Shown here one piece after another: positions 62,801 to 64,000 of a DNA stretch of 64,000 nt. Every line of letters starts with the position of its first letter. The stretch's first letter is position 1. This DNA comes from Gnetum montanum. Lineage: Eukaryota; Plantae; Gnetophyta. The stretch is taken from the NCBI GenBank assembly GCA_015680685.1, contig MNCI01000952.1:370963-434962 (forward strand), written 5' to 3'. The notes below the pieces were generated by a model, which saw nothing but the letters and a program-made list of their open reading frames with translations, was not told where the DNA came from and did no database searches. Both the position numbers and the translations under genes were made by a program.

Positions 62801-64000
62801 ATTCTTGGTATTTGTGCAACTATTGGACTATTGCAATAATGTCCAACATGATTGTTTGAGTGGCAGGTGGAGGTGGTGGTTACTGCTTCTCTTATTAAAT
62901 GATCATTGTAGGTGTCTTATCTTTCATCATCTTCACCCAATTAGTGGCCGGAGCATGCTTGATAGCATCATTTGTATAACAAACTATTCCTCCCCTTCAA
63001 CAAAGTTTTCTAATGAAGCATGGAAAGGGGAGTGTCTTCCTTCCACATTCATTTTCTTTAAATTGTGTTTCCATCTTTAGATAGATCGGCTATGGAAGTT
63101 TAATAGGAAGTCTCCCACTTAAAGTAGCTCATGCACATGCAAAAAAGGTGGTGCTTTTGCTTGGCCTCACCTTGGGATTGAGGTGGAAGGCTACAATCTT
63201 ATAGTGGATCCTTTCTACTAGTGCAAGCATGTCAAACTCTTTGCAGTCAACACCATAGCACATTGCACCCATTCTTTCTTGATGTTGGGGTCCACCTACA
63301 TTGAAATCTTAGTGAGATTCACCCTTGTTGCTGGCAACCAGAGCACTTTAGCAATAGCCTACACTAAGTAGGACACTAAGATATCCTTGATTTTGACCAT
63401 TAAACCAGCCTACTTATTGTTCCAAAATAAAAATGTCCCTCCCATGTACCACTCCCTGGTGAAAGTGATGATTGGCTACATGGGAGAGGCCTTTAGTTGG
63501 TCCTACACTTCTTTTGGTGCATGCTCTAGGAAAGGGCCAAAGTTTAACTCTTAGAACACTATTTCTTGGACCTCCATTAATCTAATATGATTCAAGCTAG
63601 CTTCTATCAAGGTCACCTTGATATTTTCTTGTTGAGCTGGTGCATCATCCTAGTAGAAGTATTTTGTTACTGTTGCTAACTCTAGAATCTATCGAATAGA
63701 TTCCACCTTGACCTCTTCCCTAAGAGGACCTGTGGTGTGGGTTGCAAGTTGTTCTTCTTGGGCTTGTTCTTGGCCCCTTCCTATTCTAGGGTATTTCTCT
63801 CTTGGTTGAGATGGTCCTGCTTCCTCTGTGTGTTTTCCTTTTGGTGCCATTTATGGTCACAACACATCCATGGATTAGTAGATATAATGTGTAACTTTAA
63901 ATTTTTGAATACATTCTCTCATTAGTCAATTATACTTTGGCTAAGGTTGGACCATGGTATATTAATTATTTTATTATCATTTTATTAATTATTTATTAAT
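59900..64000 (-). mobile_element. Element E: 3' part of an Athila-like element (3' LTR 59900..60803), continues beyond the window
   Basis: TGATGAG..CTCATCA ends. PPT ttgtgggggca. Pre-PPT block shared with A, B and C. Confidence 0.9.
61030..63850 (-). pseudogene. Extra ORF of element E, homologous to that of A
   Basis: Starts MAPKGKHTEEAG. Contains KTLPFPCFIRKLC*RGGIV, followed by probable coiled-coil sequence. End approximate. Confidence 0.7.

Overview
Land-plant nuclear DNA, roughly 90% decayed transposable elements. A non-seed-plant source is plausible, but that is inference only. The only intact host gene is an intronless class III secretory peroxidase (5063..6061, minus). It lies in a CpG-rich island (~1.4-7.2 kb) with a perfect ERSE/UPRE motif upstream and a decayed polygalacturonase last exon downstream. 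The rest is dominated by a related set of Athila-like Ty3/gypsy elements with TGATG..CATCA-type termini and a tRNA-Asp PBS. Element A (11597..20264, TSD CCAAC) carries gag plus an extra ORF but no pol. Elements B (32319..39372, TSD GTTTC) and C (43632..50576, TSD CCTTC) carry gag-protease only. Both are nested in an older gag-pol element D (31765..57896). There is also a solo LTR (25486..26328), element E running off the right edge (from 59900) and an LTR end at 1..353. Non-LTR relics include an L1 zf-RVT end, an RTE 3' end, several RTE-X-like LINE fragments, a TSD-flanked tRNA-SINE and a dispersed repeat with tRNA-like cassettes. The best candidate for a new system is a modular consortium of pol-less Athila-like elements. 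They share U5, PBS, PPT and an ORF tail, but differ in cargo (protease, extra ORF, small spliced ORF) and in U3 palindrome arrays. All alignments and translations were done by eye.
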